The position numbers and the translations under genes are program-made. A stretch of DNA of 62,648 nucleotides, counting the filler, from Asterionella formosa (Eukaryota), in assembly GCA_002256025.1 (NCBI GenBank). It is 13 parts of 13 records of this genome, joined end to end, with 100 filler letters (N's around TTAATTAATTAA, not from the genome) between each part and the next. Parts side by side here need not be neighbours in the genome. Positions count along the whole stretch, not along the records: positions 48,312 to 53,025 come from NKIB01013400.1; positions 53,126 to 57,837 come from NKIB01013401.1; positions 57,938 to 62,648 come from NKIB01013402.1; 10 more parts are not named here. One strand, given 5' to 3'. The notes beneath the pieces were generated by a model. It did not search any database. It saw only the letters and a list, made by a program, of their open reading frames with translations, and was not told the DNA's origin. Positions 51,831-62,648 of the stretch are shown here, in pieces (the first letter of the stretch is position 1; the number at the start of each line of letters is the position of its first letter).

Positions 51831-52866
51831 TTATACTTGAAGCGTAGTACAACCCGTAGTTATACTACGAATGTGTTGTGGTTGAGGCAATGGAAGAGCA
51901 TTATCTTCATTCGCAATGATGGGTGCCGAGTGACAATTTGTCAAAGTCACATATTCCGGGGCATCGTGCACTGCCACTACCTTGGCCACGGACGCTGCTG
52001 CCTTGTCTGCTTGGACCATCATGTCGTCATACTTCTTGGAGGGTCGTTTTTGAAACGTGATGGTTCGAACAATCTTGCGTCGTGCCGACTCCAAAGCAGT
52101 ATCAAACTTTTCCAATCCCAAATTTTCAATTGTACGACGACGTTGGGATTTGGTCTTCATGTTTTCCCGAACAGCACGAGCACACAGATGAGGAGGAGTA
52201 TTCCATTCCTTCACCAACATTTCTTGGCGTTTGTCACGGGGGATCAGCATTTGGATTTGAGAACGGCGAGGAGCTCGAAGGGATTCGAATTTGTCCAATG
52301 GAACAGCCTTGCGTTCTTGGTACTTCCACCCGAGACTAAATACCAGTAGTTAGTTCAGTGTAGTAGTAGTAAGTTCCGTCATGAAGCGATGGGGTGAGTG
52401 AGTATGAGCGGCAAACCAACTAACTTAACTAACTAACTAACTAACTATACCATCCAACTCCAGGACCAACAAGCCCAACAAGCAACGTACCTAATGGGAG
52501 GACCCGACGAACAGGACGGATTGTCGCCCAAGGATCGTTCGTACTCGCGGATTCTGATTTCATCAAAGATGACGTTGCGGGGATCGGTTTCCGCCAGAGT
52601 GGGAAGCGCTTCCACCGAGGAGGCCACGCTACCTCTTGATCGACTGATATCAAAGTTGTGGAGGGATTCATCGAGGCTAGCCACACGCATGCTTGAGCGA
52701 AGCTTCATTATGGTGGGACAAGAGGAGCTGCGCTTGAGAGCAACAACGTAGTTGGCTCGATGACATTGCTGCCCTTCGTGCAAGGAAGCGGATAAGTTCT
52801 TGACATGACTGTTGAGCATTTCTTTTAGGGTGCCTTGGAAAGGGAAAGTGACTCTTGTTGCTATCA
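51831..52866 (-). CDS. Uncharacterised protein with a GDNPS..GPP motif; intron 52336-52490
   Basis: Splicing GTACGT...TTTAG gives VIFDEIRIREYERSLGDNPSCSSGPPISLGWKY...LDKFE..RR, which I recall as an expanded diatom family; start codon uncertain. Confidence 0.8.
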
Positions 52867-53908
52867 TAGAAGTATTGAGCAGTGAACCTTGGAAGATTTT
52901 GGAACTTTTAAGCCCCCTGGTGCACCTGTGGTTATTTTTAATCAAGTGTAGGTATGTACTGCAACGTCAGGGAAAGTACAGGTGGTAGATTTTTCTTGGA
53001 GGAGCCTCAAGAATTCTATAGACATNNNNNNNNNNNNNNNNNNNNNNNNNNNNNNNNNNNNNNNNNNNNTTAATTAATTAANNNNNNNNNNNNNNNNNNN
53101 NNNNNNNNNNNNNNNNNNNNNNNNNAAAATAAAAAGGGCGGGGCAGTATTTGCTCCAGCTTGGCTTTGGGCAGCATTCTTCTTCTAACCTCCGCCTGACA
53201 ACAACAGCACTGCCATTTCACCAGCTATTTCAGTAGCAATATACCTAAGCAAAAAGAAATCATCGTTTAATGTATCTGAGGAAAACAGGAGAGAATATTA
53301 AATTGAGTAAGTGTTGCTTTGCTAGAAATTTCAAGTCTTTCACCACATCGTCAACATCGCCTGCATGCTTGCTTCTTGCCATTAATTTACTTCTATGTCA
53401 ATGTACTATTCACTCCATCGCATTTTCTGCTCACAGCTGAATGATATCAAGATAGAAAAGTAGTTTGTTAGTGCATACAGAGAAAGGCAAAGAAATAAAC
53501 AATACGAACATACCAAGAAAAGCGCTGACAATTAAGGTTTGAAAACGACACCCATTCTTGGTTGAATCGTGAATTTTCTTGCACATGAGACTATAGATTG
53601 GAAAGGAGGTTGAGCTGAGCGAGAGAAGGAGAATCTCAGAAAGAAGAAAAATCACATCAAACTTACCATGAAGAGGCCATCATAGTCATTGTGAGTTTTC
53701 GTTTCAGCATGATTTTACAATTATGTGGTGCAAGATTGACAATAATAACATATTTGTAATAAATTAATATGGGTGCGGTCAATTGTGCTCATTTCATGAT
53801 ACAATGTACCAGATTATCGGTACCTGGTACCCTGGTGGTACCAGGTACTGTAAAATGAACCCACTAAAATCCTGGCATGTTCTGCAGTGTTGTACGAATA
53901 TGCAATAA

Positions 53909-54711
53909 GGCCATTGCTAACGGTGGACCAAAACGCCAACCAAACAGTGTTTTGGTTTCGGCAACCCTTTAAAAACGATGCTATCGGGTGTGAAAAAAAC
54001 AACGCAAACGCATAACATTTAGGGGATTCCGTGCCCATATCCCAATAAGTTACCCAAACGCATTACGTTTAGGTATTTTTCTTCCAAAGTTATCTAAACG
54101 TAGGATTCCATATTGACTACTTTGAATGTAGGCACTAGAAACCCAATTATAATCGTCATAGAATCACTACATATAGGATGCATCATTTATATCATATATT
54201 TATACAAAGATAGCTAAAAATGGTACTCTAGTACAAGGCACCAGGGTACCCACTGGCAAGAACAACAACAATAACAGCAACAACAACAAATCATCGCTGA
54301 TTTCACCACAATCAACATGTCGTCAAATCCTCATTTCACCAACATGGCACACATGTTGTTGTTGTGAACCCGGTAATATGTACTCGGAGTATAGTACATT
54401 GACAACACTATAGTATATATACATACCAGTGTGTAGTTGGATGACAACACAGCAGCATCGCTCAAATTGTGGGAAAAACTAACTAATTCCCAAATAGGAA
54501 TAATAATATTTCATTCATAAAATTAGTCTAATAGAAAAATTACTTTTTTAAATTGATTTTGTCATCCTATGTCACAGTAGATGGGTGATTGACAACATTT
54601 AGGATTTGCCAAAAACCGATAGCATCGTTTTTGCGTCAGTCTGACCAAATCCAAAACCAATCTAAAAGTAAGTTTTTGGGTTTTCGTTTGGGTCAATGGT
54701 TAGCAATGGCC
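53909..54711. mobile_element. 803-bp PIF/Harbinger-type (Tourist-like) MITE
   Basis: Perfect 13-bp TIR GGCCATTGCTAAC / GTTAGCAATGGCC with TAA TSD (53906-53908, 54712-54714). Confidence 0.9.
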
Positions 54712-54793
54712 TAAGGACCTCCAATTTTACCACCACTCTTCAACGGCGCACCACCAGTAATATAAACATAAGGAAAATACGTATGGATGAATT

Positions 54794-57700
54794 TGTCTGC
54801 AAATAAAAGCCATCATATTCCCATGATGCATAATAGGATTATGATCCTCTGATCATAATTTTTCGTTGTATCATCTAATAATATTGATAAATGCCCTCGT
54901 AATTTAAAAAGTAACCCAATTTTGACTATGTCTATTTAACTATTATATGTATTGCTTCTTTTAGATTCCTGTATTTGAATTTCTTGGTAGGATAAAGTCG
55001 TAACAACTAAAGAAATGTGGTTTGGCTAAACATCTTCTCCAGTCCTCACTCTGATTCTTGCAACAACGACAAAGCTGCCATGTCGAGAAAAAAGCACTAC
55101 TTTGTTGATGTTCATGAAAAGCCAGACACTTTGGCCTATCGCCCACCACCAGCCAGTATATACTTCAAAAATGCTGTAAGATGCACAAGTTGAATGCCCA
55201 TTTATGGATTCAAGTTCCATGTTCATGAAAAACCAGACACTTTGGCCTATCGCCCTCAACCAGCCAGTATATACTTCAAAAATGCAAGAAACACAAGCAA
55301 GTTGAATGCCCATTTATGGATTCAAGTTTCAGTAGTGCAACAATGTAAAATATTAGAAACCGGAAGTCACATTTCATCTAATTACGGTTTTCATTAGCTA
55401 TACTAGCTAGAATTGATTGAGAGGAAGCAACGGTAGAATGGCTGCCAAACGGGCGGGGGCAAAAACAGAGAATCCTACTAATTTTTCTCCCCAATGATCC
55501 ATTCCCTTTTTGAATATCACTTGCTACAGAAAATGTAGAACAGCCGCCATGATCTGTTGATTGTTGCTGTATGGTGCCACTGAGGACCAAAACCTCCAGA
55601 AATCTCAATGAGCGAGTTGCTTGTTTCTTGACTTGAATGCCAAAGGGATCAAAAACAGTGGAAAAAGCAAAAAGGGAACTAAAAATTCTCTGCAACATCA
55701 GGGCAATTGTGAAAGAAAAATGAAGTTTCTTGGGAGGAGAAGTAAAGGGATAATTGCTTCTAGTCTTGCGGAAACAAGTAAAAAAAATGACCCAAACAAT
55801 ATTGACACATAGGTACTAGTACTACCTACCGGAAAAAGGAAGCAATGCTTTCGGCATCATCAATCTATACACAAACCTGCGCCAACTGACGTCAATATAG
55901 ATACCTCGACTTCATCAATGAAGAAGTTGATGGGCGGAGCATTTGAGGAAAATCGGGGTTGAGGTTTTCTTGACGCCAACGTGGGCCTGCTTGGCTGAAC
56001 TTGCAGATGAAAGCATTGAGTAACCTGGGCCTGTGAAGCCAAAGGATAAAGAAAAATCTATGACAAGGGTGGTGAGATGATAGTGTTTAGGAGGGGGGAG
56101 CAAAAGTTATCATAGCTGAATGCATTCGAACATTCGTATACATAATAAATGGTGGCATACCAGCATGGCCGCTCTCGGCTGACAGTTGCCAATTCAAAGT
56201 CAATGTACAAATACAACAAGGGTGCACAAAAGATGGTCCCATTTTAATCGACTGGCTGATGCATAGTTTTGAGACTCACCGTTCTGCAATGGGGTGGACT
56301 TTGATCATTGCTTCGTTCGAAGCACAATCAATTCGAATGCTGTCCAGTGAAACAGCCAATGAAAACAATTGTTGCGGCGAAAAAGCGCAGAACAGATCAA
56401 GAGATTTCATAGGAATTAAAATAACAGGGCATATATGCACTGCTCCTTGTGTAGACTATATTTGATCATTTCCATGTTTCATTTACAGGTTCATGGATGA
56501 CTCCTCCCGCCCATTCATTAGATATGCAGCCATGTTGCGATATTTCTACCGGACCCTATAGGATTGGTAGTTTGGTGGTCATCATTTCCGCATTCTATAT
56601 ACCAGTAGGAGTCATGTATGCATGCATGCTGCGATAATTCTTACAGGACAAATAAATTTGGAAGCTTGGGAGTCCAAGTAATCGCTTCCGTATTGTATAC
56701 AGGGGTGGGGGTTGCATGCATGAGCATTTACTCCTGTATAAACTATGATCTTTCATCAATAAATTTTGATTCGTTCATCCTATACCTTTGATCATAACAT
56801 ATTAATCATATAATAAATGGTGTCGTTGATGAGAAAATGAAAGATCAAAATTTATTTTCAGGGATCAGGATTAATTGATCTTAGAAATATGATGAAATGA
56901 CCATAAACACATGAGCATATTCAGTTTTCCGCTGCACTATTGTACTAGTACTCCCATGATAGAAGTAATACCCAGCTAGTATACAGTACTACTGGTAGGC
57001 CATTTGAATTTTTCGAATGTACCGGTATATGGTCAATATGTCCATATTCATAAAAGTATGATTGAGACCATTTGAGATTTTTTGATGACTCCCGTTTATT
57101 AAGGGGCTAAATTAAATCAGCCACTGACTTGTAGGTATAAGCAAGAATTCACACAAAACAAATTGAAAATTTCAACAAGTCATGGAAAACTACTATTTAC
57201 TCATCATGCATTGTATGTATTTGAATTATGTATAATCAAAATTGATGTTAGTATACACAGGATGTGCCATATAATGAGCGTGTTTAAAAAAATGCAAATG
57301 TTCAACTATATCTCCATTTAATCTAACAAATCTTTATATATATGTATTCATGGCTGATACATTTGAATTCTTGTTTTCATGTTCCTTGTCATGCATTCAC
57401 TTTGCTCCTGAAATGAATGATCATCACACATGATGACACGGAAAACGAAAGTGATAATACAACACAATGATACTACTTGCAACTGGCTTAGAAGGAGTGA
57501 CCACGGAGAAGGGCGGATGCAAAAAACTGAAGTGACAATACAACACGATGATACACAATGCGGCTAAGAAGGAGTGAATATGATGGAGAAGGGCGGAATC
57601 AATAATCTGTGCATAGTATCACGGTTTGTCTAGAGCAATTGCCAGGATGATCAATTGTTGGGATTACAAATATGGAATGACTCGTCCCCTTTCAGTGATT

Positions 57701-57837
57701 CAATAGCTCCTTTTCGATTTGGTGGCTGGCCAACCATCAATATGGACAAAAGAAATCGGGAAGTGCTATCATCTTTGGATCAATCCATTTCTGTTAGAAA
57801 AACTGACACATGTTTGCTGCTTCTTTCAGGATAATGG
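54794..57837 (+). repeat. Family B element, terminal 3 kb
   Basis: Starts TGTCTGCAAATAAAA; homology to 20730-20985 and 46300-46880; tandem duplication of about 113 nt at 55105-55330. Confidence 0.75.
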
Positions 57838-57937
57838 NNNNNNNNNNNNNNNNNNNNNNNNNNNNNNNNNNNNNNNNNNNNTTAATTAATTAANNNNNNN
57901 NNNNNNNNNNNNNNNNNNNNNNNNNNNNNNNNNNNNN

Positions 57938-59083
57938 AACGATGGAAGCAATAAAAACGGACCATGGAAGCAGCCAAGAACCAAATCGGAAATTCGACAA
58001 ATAGTATCTACATTCCACATTCAGTGTTTCACTGTTGTTGTACTCACCGATCTGCCTGCTCTAACTACCGGTAGCATAACAAGCAGCAGACGATGTTATC
58101 AAACGAAAGTCGAAAGGTCCCAATTGCAAGCCCGAATTGAGTAACGGCAGGCAGTATAGAGTGAGAAGTATAATTGAGAGGACGAAATCGGGTATACGTA
58201 AAATCAATGAATATGTGAACGATTTGATGCTGGTCTTGTAAAGATAAAACCGAGTCAACAGCATAAATGTTATAACGTGTTCAAAAGTAAGTGCTAAAGT
58301 TTAGCTTAAACCACGCATGGTTGTTTTGAGTACCACGTACATAGGCTAGATGACTAGAATATCCGTTAAGCACATAAATGACTGGAGCAAAAACTTGCCA
58401 CCAACATCAGATATACCAGTACGCAATGCCCAAGATCATCGTTTGTCCAACGTTATAGATGAAGTGACTACCGGTACATGAATCCCATGAGAATACTAGC
58501 AATCCAACAACCAACCGCATCCATTTGGCAACGAATCACTACTGGCATTGTCAATGAACTCATTTTGCTTCAGACTGGGCATGATGGACACTGGCAACGA
58601 GCAAGAACGAGGTGAATACTAGATATCTTTTAAATAAATCTGTTGAGAATATAAAATGGTTTCCTTAAGTACCGGGTAGACCCCTTGCCGATTTCGGCAA
58701 TGCCAGGGCGGGAAAACTGAGGGGCAATTGGCGTAAATTGTCTTCCCGAAATGCTAACATAGGAAATAGACAAAATGTATTTTGATCATGGGCAATATTG
58801 GACCTTCGGCAATTTGATGTGATGGGCAATAGTAAGCTGAAATTGACATTTATGCTTTATTTGCGGGCAGTAGGCAGCGAATGAAGCGACGATAGCTAGT
58901 TTGTGAATTGCCGCAACAATACCCTTCGCGGCCGCTACCGGTACTTGGCTTCTCGTATTACATGTGTACTCGGCTGGGATGTCACTCGTATATAGGGTGA
59001 CCGTCTCGCAGCGCCGGTACCAGGTACCAGGTACCTGGTACTCGCAGGCAAGAAACCACCTCGGGCGTGTATTGCCTTCAGCA
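57938..59083 (-). repeat. Family A interspersed repeat with many micro-insertions
   Basis: Colinear with the reverse complement of 22227-23415. Confidence 0.92.
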
Positions 59084-59225
59084 AGAGAGGTAACCAAATA
59101 TACACAAGAACCTCCCTCTGAGGATTTTGGGGGTCAAATCGTGAAGAGTTCGCCGTCAACCAACCCATTCTCCTACTTCGTTCTTCGTTTGTCGTGTAAA
59201 TACGAGACTTTTTTTGATTTTCAAA

Positions 59226-59963
59226 ATGGTTCCATCACTAATCATGACCTGCAGCAGCAGCAAGGAGCCCGTTGAATTTAAAGGCTTCGCAATTGTCGAT
59301 TCAGTTGAGTTTCAACACAAAGGTTTCATCGATGCCATCAATGCAAGGACTTTGCTTCAGACTACTAGCGAAAATGCCGCTAACAATTTAAAAAGTAGCA
59401 TTGGTAAGGAAACGAACAACACGAACAATGGAGAGGAGACATCGGCCTTTCATGGGCAAACCGGAAATCGTTTGATATCTTGCTACTTGTCAAGGTTGAG
59501 ACCTATGATCACCGAGCCTGTCGGAAATCTCATATGCACAGGTATTTCTCCTGGGCATCGATGTAACGAATCAATCATGGGTGCTAATTGTAAGCAGGAG
59601 ACTTTGCCTACTATTTCTAATTCCCTGGAAGCTGCCGAGGCGCCGCATTTGCCGACCGATATGGGTGCTGTCGATCGGACTTCACCAGTATTAGTGGTGA
59701 GAGAATCACCTGGAAAAGCACGAACAATGCTATCATCGGCTGGAAGGGGAAGATATGCACGCTTCAAAGCTGTTATCGAAGCTGAAAGCCTGGATGTGAG
59801 AGAAGTGATAGAACTGGCGAAAAGTATTGACGAGAACGGATTGCGTCCGATCATAAACGAATGGAGATGGCAGAAACAACAAACGAATAAGCTGCAACTG
59901 CAACCATCAAGTAAAGAAAACTCAAGAAAGAAATTATTGTCGTCATGCCATTGTGGGATTTGA
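59226..59963 (+). CDS. Hypothetical protein, about 245 aa
   Basis: Uninterrupted CpG-retaining ORF; no family recognised. Confidence 0.55.
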   Translation: MVPSLIMTCSSSKEPVEFKGFAIVDSVEFQHKGFIDAINARTLLQTTSENAANNLKSSIGKETNNTNNGEETSAFHGQTGNRLISCYLSRLRPMITEPVGNLICTGISPGHRCNESIMGANCKQETLPTISNSLEAAEAPHLPTDMGAVDRTSPVLVVRESPGKARTMLSSAGRGRYARFKAVIEAESLDVREVIELAKSIDENGLRPIINEWRWQKQQTNKLQLQPSSKENSRKKLLSSCHCGI

Positions 59964-60129
59964 ATCCAAAGAGTTTGAAGCTGGACTAGGTCATCGATAC
60001 CCAAGGTTGAAAGCCAAAACTCTCAGCGATTCGGTAGACTAAAATACATCGATCCATCATGCACCTTTCTATACTTCAACAATCCAGCTTGCATTACTGA
60101 GAAACAATATTTGTGCCTCGAAAAGATGA

Positions 60130-60790
60130 ATAGAACGACAATGACCAATTTAAAATTGACATCAACTGCATTGACAAAAACAAGCCAATATTTAAATTTG
60201 ATTGTATGGACAATCGGCTAAACCTTCCAGGATTCCTGATACGCTGACGATAAATCGTTTTTGATCTTGTTGCCATTCGTCGACACTGATTCTCCGTCGG
60301 CACAACAAATTATGTGAAGAAAGAAATCATGAGACTGGGACACCAGAGGTCTGGTCACTATCTACCTTCATACCGATTTCCATTCCATGGGTTCCTGGAA
60401 TTTCGCTGTCAAAGCCAATTGTATTAGAAATGACCTGAGTTTCCGTCACAGAGGAAACTGAAGGCGGAAATGATAAGGAAGTGCCTCAATTGAAGGGACC
60501 TGCAGAAATGAAGATCTACAACTAACAAGCAATGGTCATGGTGTGCTAAACTATTCTTTGATTGGAGTTCACGAGCCTGACGAAGTCATATGATTTTCAA
60601 ACCAGAGAAAGAATATCTCTCGGGGGCCATTCAACAAGGGGTTTGCAAGACTTGGTAGTCAAAGGGTTATTTTCAAGAGCGCTGTTGTAAGCAGTTCATC
60701 CATGAATGACTCTTCCGCAAAGGTGAATATGATCAGGAACAATTGGTGACAGCTGCGCACTCTCCTCAAGAAAAGGATTAGTTTTCACAA
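60130..60790 (-). pseudogene. Tandem pseudogene copy of the Mpv17/PMP22 gene
   Basis: Colinear with 60850-61500 including the intron; TGG>TAG at about 60218-60220 plus indels. Confidence 0.85.
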
Positions 60791-60816
60791 TCTTCTCTGC
60801 CATAAAAGTTACCAAT

Positions 60817-61555
60817 TCACTTGGTACCAATAACAGAAAGAACCATGTTAAATACGATCTGGACAGCATTGACAAAAACAAGACGATGCTTAGTGGAGAT
60901 GAATCTGAAGTTGACTGTATGGACGATCGGCCAGACCTTCCAGGATTCCTGACACGCCGACAATAAATCGTTTTTGATCTTATTTCCGATCGTGAACACT
61001 GAATCTCCGTTGGCCAAACCCAAATATGTAAAGAAAGCAATCATGAAAATGGGACACCAAAGGATTTGGTCAATAGCAACTTTAATGGCAATGTCCTTTC
61101 CATCGGTTCCTGGAATTTTGCCGTCGAGCCAATCGTAGAAAAAATGACCGGAAGGTCCGTCATAGAGGAAACCAAATGCGGAAAGGACAAGAAAGCGCTT
61201 CACGTTGAAGGGACCAGCAGAAATGAAGATCTTCAAGTAACAAGCAATGATCATGGTGTGTTAAAATTTCTTCGATTGTAGTTCACGAAACGACGAAGCC
61301 ATATAGTTCGCATACCTGAGCGAGAATATCTCCGATTGCCCATCCAACAAGGGATGTGCAAGACTTTGTAGTCAAAGGGTTCTTGTCAAGAGCGCTGTTA
61401 TAAGCAGTCCATCCAGGAACGGCTCTTGCGCAACGATGGGTAGGATCAGGAACACCTGGTGAAATCTCTGCAAATTCCTTACGAAAACGACTGGTATTGA
61501 CAGCTTTTTGAGCCGCATGCGCTTGTTTATATTCGCAGACGGAGCTATCTGACAT
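60817..61555 (-). CDS. Mpv17/PMP22 (SYM1-like) membrane protein; intron 61231-61315
   Basis: YNSALDKNPLTTKSCTS..GDILAQ|IF..GPSGHFFYDWLD..KVAIDQILWCP..WKVWP.VH.VNF; start codon uncertain. Confidence 0.9.
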
Positions 61556-62648
61556 GAGAATGTAAACATCAAAATCCTCGGTGTGCTTACAATGTTTTCC
61601 TTTTGCCCTGTTCTCCTTTCCTGCTTCCCTGAAACCATAAATAATTAGTCCATGTGGAAAGGCTTCGTTGTGATGGAAGGCAAATTATTAATCAAATCAG
61701 AATGTTTCTGGTATTCTCTTACTTGCCTTTCATGTTGTATTTCTAGCTGCTCCGTGCCATCTCTGATCCAAAATAACAAGTGAAACACAAGGCGATGAAG
61801 GATGATAAGTAAATCATTATTCAGAATATAAACGACGGTAATTGTCGGAAAAGTAGCAAAAGCGATTGCAAACATACCCAAAGTACCCAATCTCTGCGTC
61901 GTCGCCCCTTGTTGCCTTCTGATTTGGATGGTGCTCTTTTGTCATAACTTATGGATCTGAAAATGCCAGTCGCAATGCACAACGAGTTAGAAGGAATGAA
62001 TATTGGGGAGGAAATGTATTCCTCATTGATGGAAGCCAAATGAACGAAGAAACACGGATTGAACACTGACATGATTACGCGCTTCTTTATGCTTCTTCCG
62101 AGCGAAGGGTATCTCCTTGAATGATAGTGGTAACAAAATGGGGTTTGGATCGACGAATGCAAACAAGAGAATCAGAAGTAGAACGTCGCTTTCATTGATA
62201 GGGAAGAAAACAAAAATGGAGTAGGTCAAAAATGCGAACAGAATGAACGACGAAATGTATTGGCACAAATGAATTGGAAAGTGTGAAACGGGAGAAGTGT
62301 GGTCACCCTTGATGTGTGCATATTGCTTTCAAGAATTACATTCCCACCCTGCTTGTTGTGACTATACCCTTATCGTCACCTGAAGAAATCGATATTATCA
62401 TATGACATACCGGTATGACGCTTTTTATTTTTCTGTTTATACATACAAAAATAGTGGTACTTGAAAATTAGCATTTGCAAGGACAAAGTTCGTAGTTAAC
62501 GCCAACGTTATGTTTGTTAGAGATTCCCGTAGATCCAAGACTGAATTAAAAATAGTACGGCTGTACCTGATATGCATAAAGCATAGCACCGGTTAAGACC
62601 GGTAAACTATCCTGAAAACTGGTTATTTATTACTCGGAGTACCAGCGC

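Noticed and set aside
4745..57937. Periodic N-TTAATTAATTAA-N motif every 4.8 kb or so
   Set aside because: Artificial concatenation linker; adjacency across linkers and ORFs running into them have no biological meaning
61645..62268. Possible membrane-protein gene on the minus strand
   Set aside because: Fragmented frames and no recognisable motif

Overview
This is not one continuous locus. It is 13 unrelated short contigs sorted by decreasing length (4744, 4738, 4738, 4735, 4732, 4729, 4729, 4727, 4725, 4714, 4714, 4712 and 4711 nt), joined by artificial 100-nt linkers (44 N + TTAATTAATTAA + 44 N). The DNA is eukaryotic and most likely a diatom or related stramenopile, based on GT-AG introns, a bipartite plastid-targeting presequence, diatom-style Copia/Gypsy proteins and TTAGGG repeats. 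Host genes are NAA30/MAK3, a class-3 ALDH fragment, a protein kinase, a disrupted methyltransferase, a PPR fragment, an LSD1-type Zn-finger protein, a HECT pseudogene, an LRR membrane protein, an Mpv17/PMP22 gene with a tandem pseudogene, and several hypotheticals. Most of the rest is decayed Copia and Gypsy elements, MITEs, SINE-like retroposons and unclassified repeats. The strongest novel signal is a pervasive micro-insertion system. 6-8 nt units (CCGGTA, CCAGGTA, CCTGGTA, CCGGGTA) are present or absent after TA dinucleotides between homologous repeat copies and pile up in mixed arrays. The same window holds TA-flanked MITEs ending CCAG...CTGG and CCG...CGG, which could produce these units as excision footprints. 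All alignments and counts were done by eye; no database searches were run.
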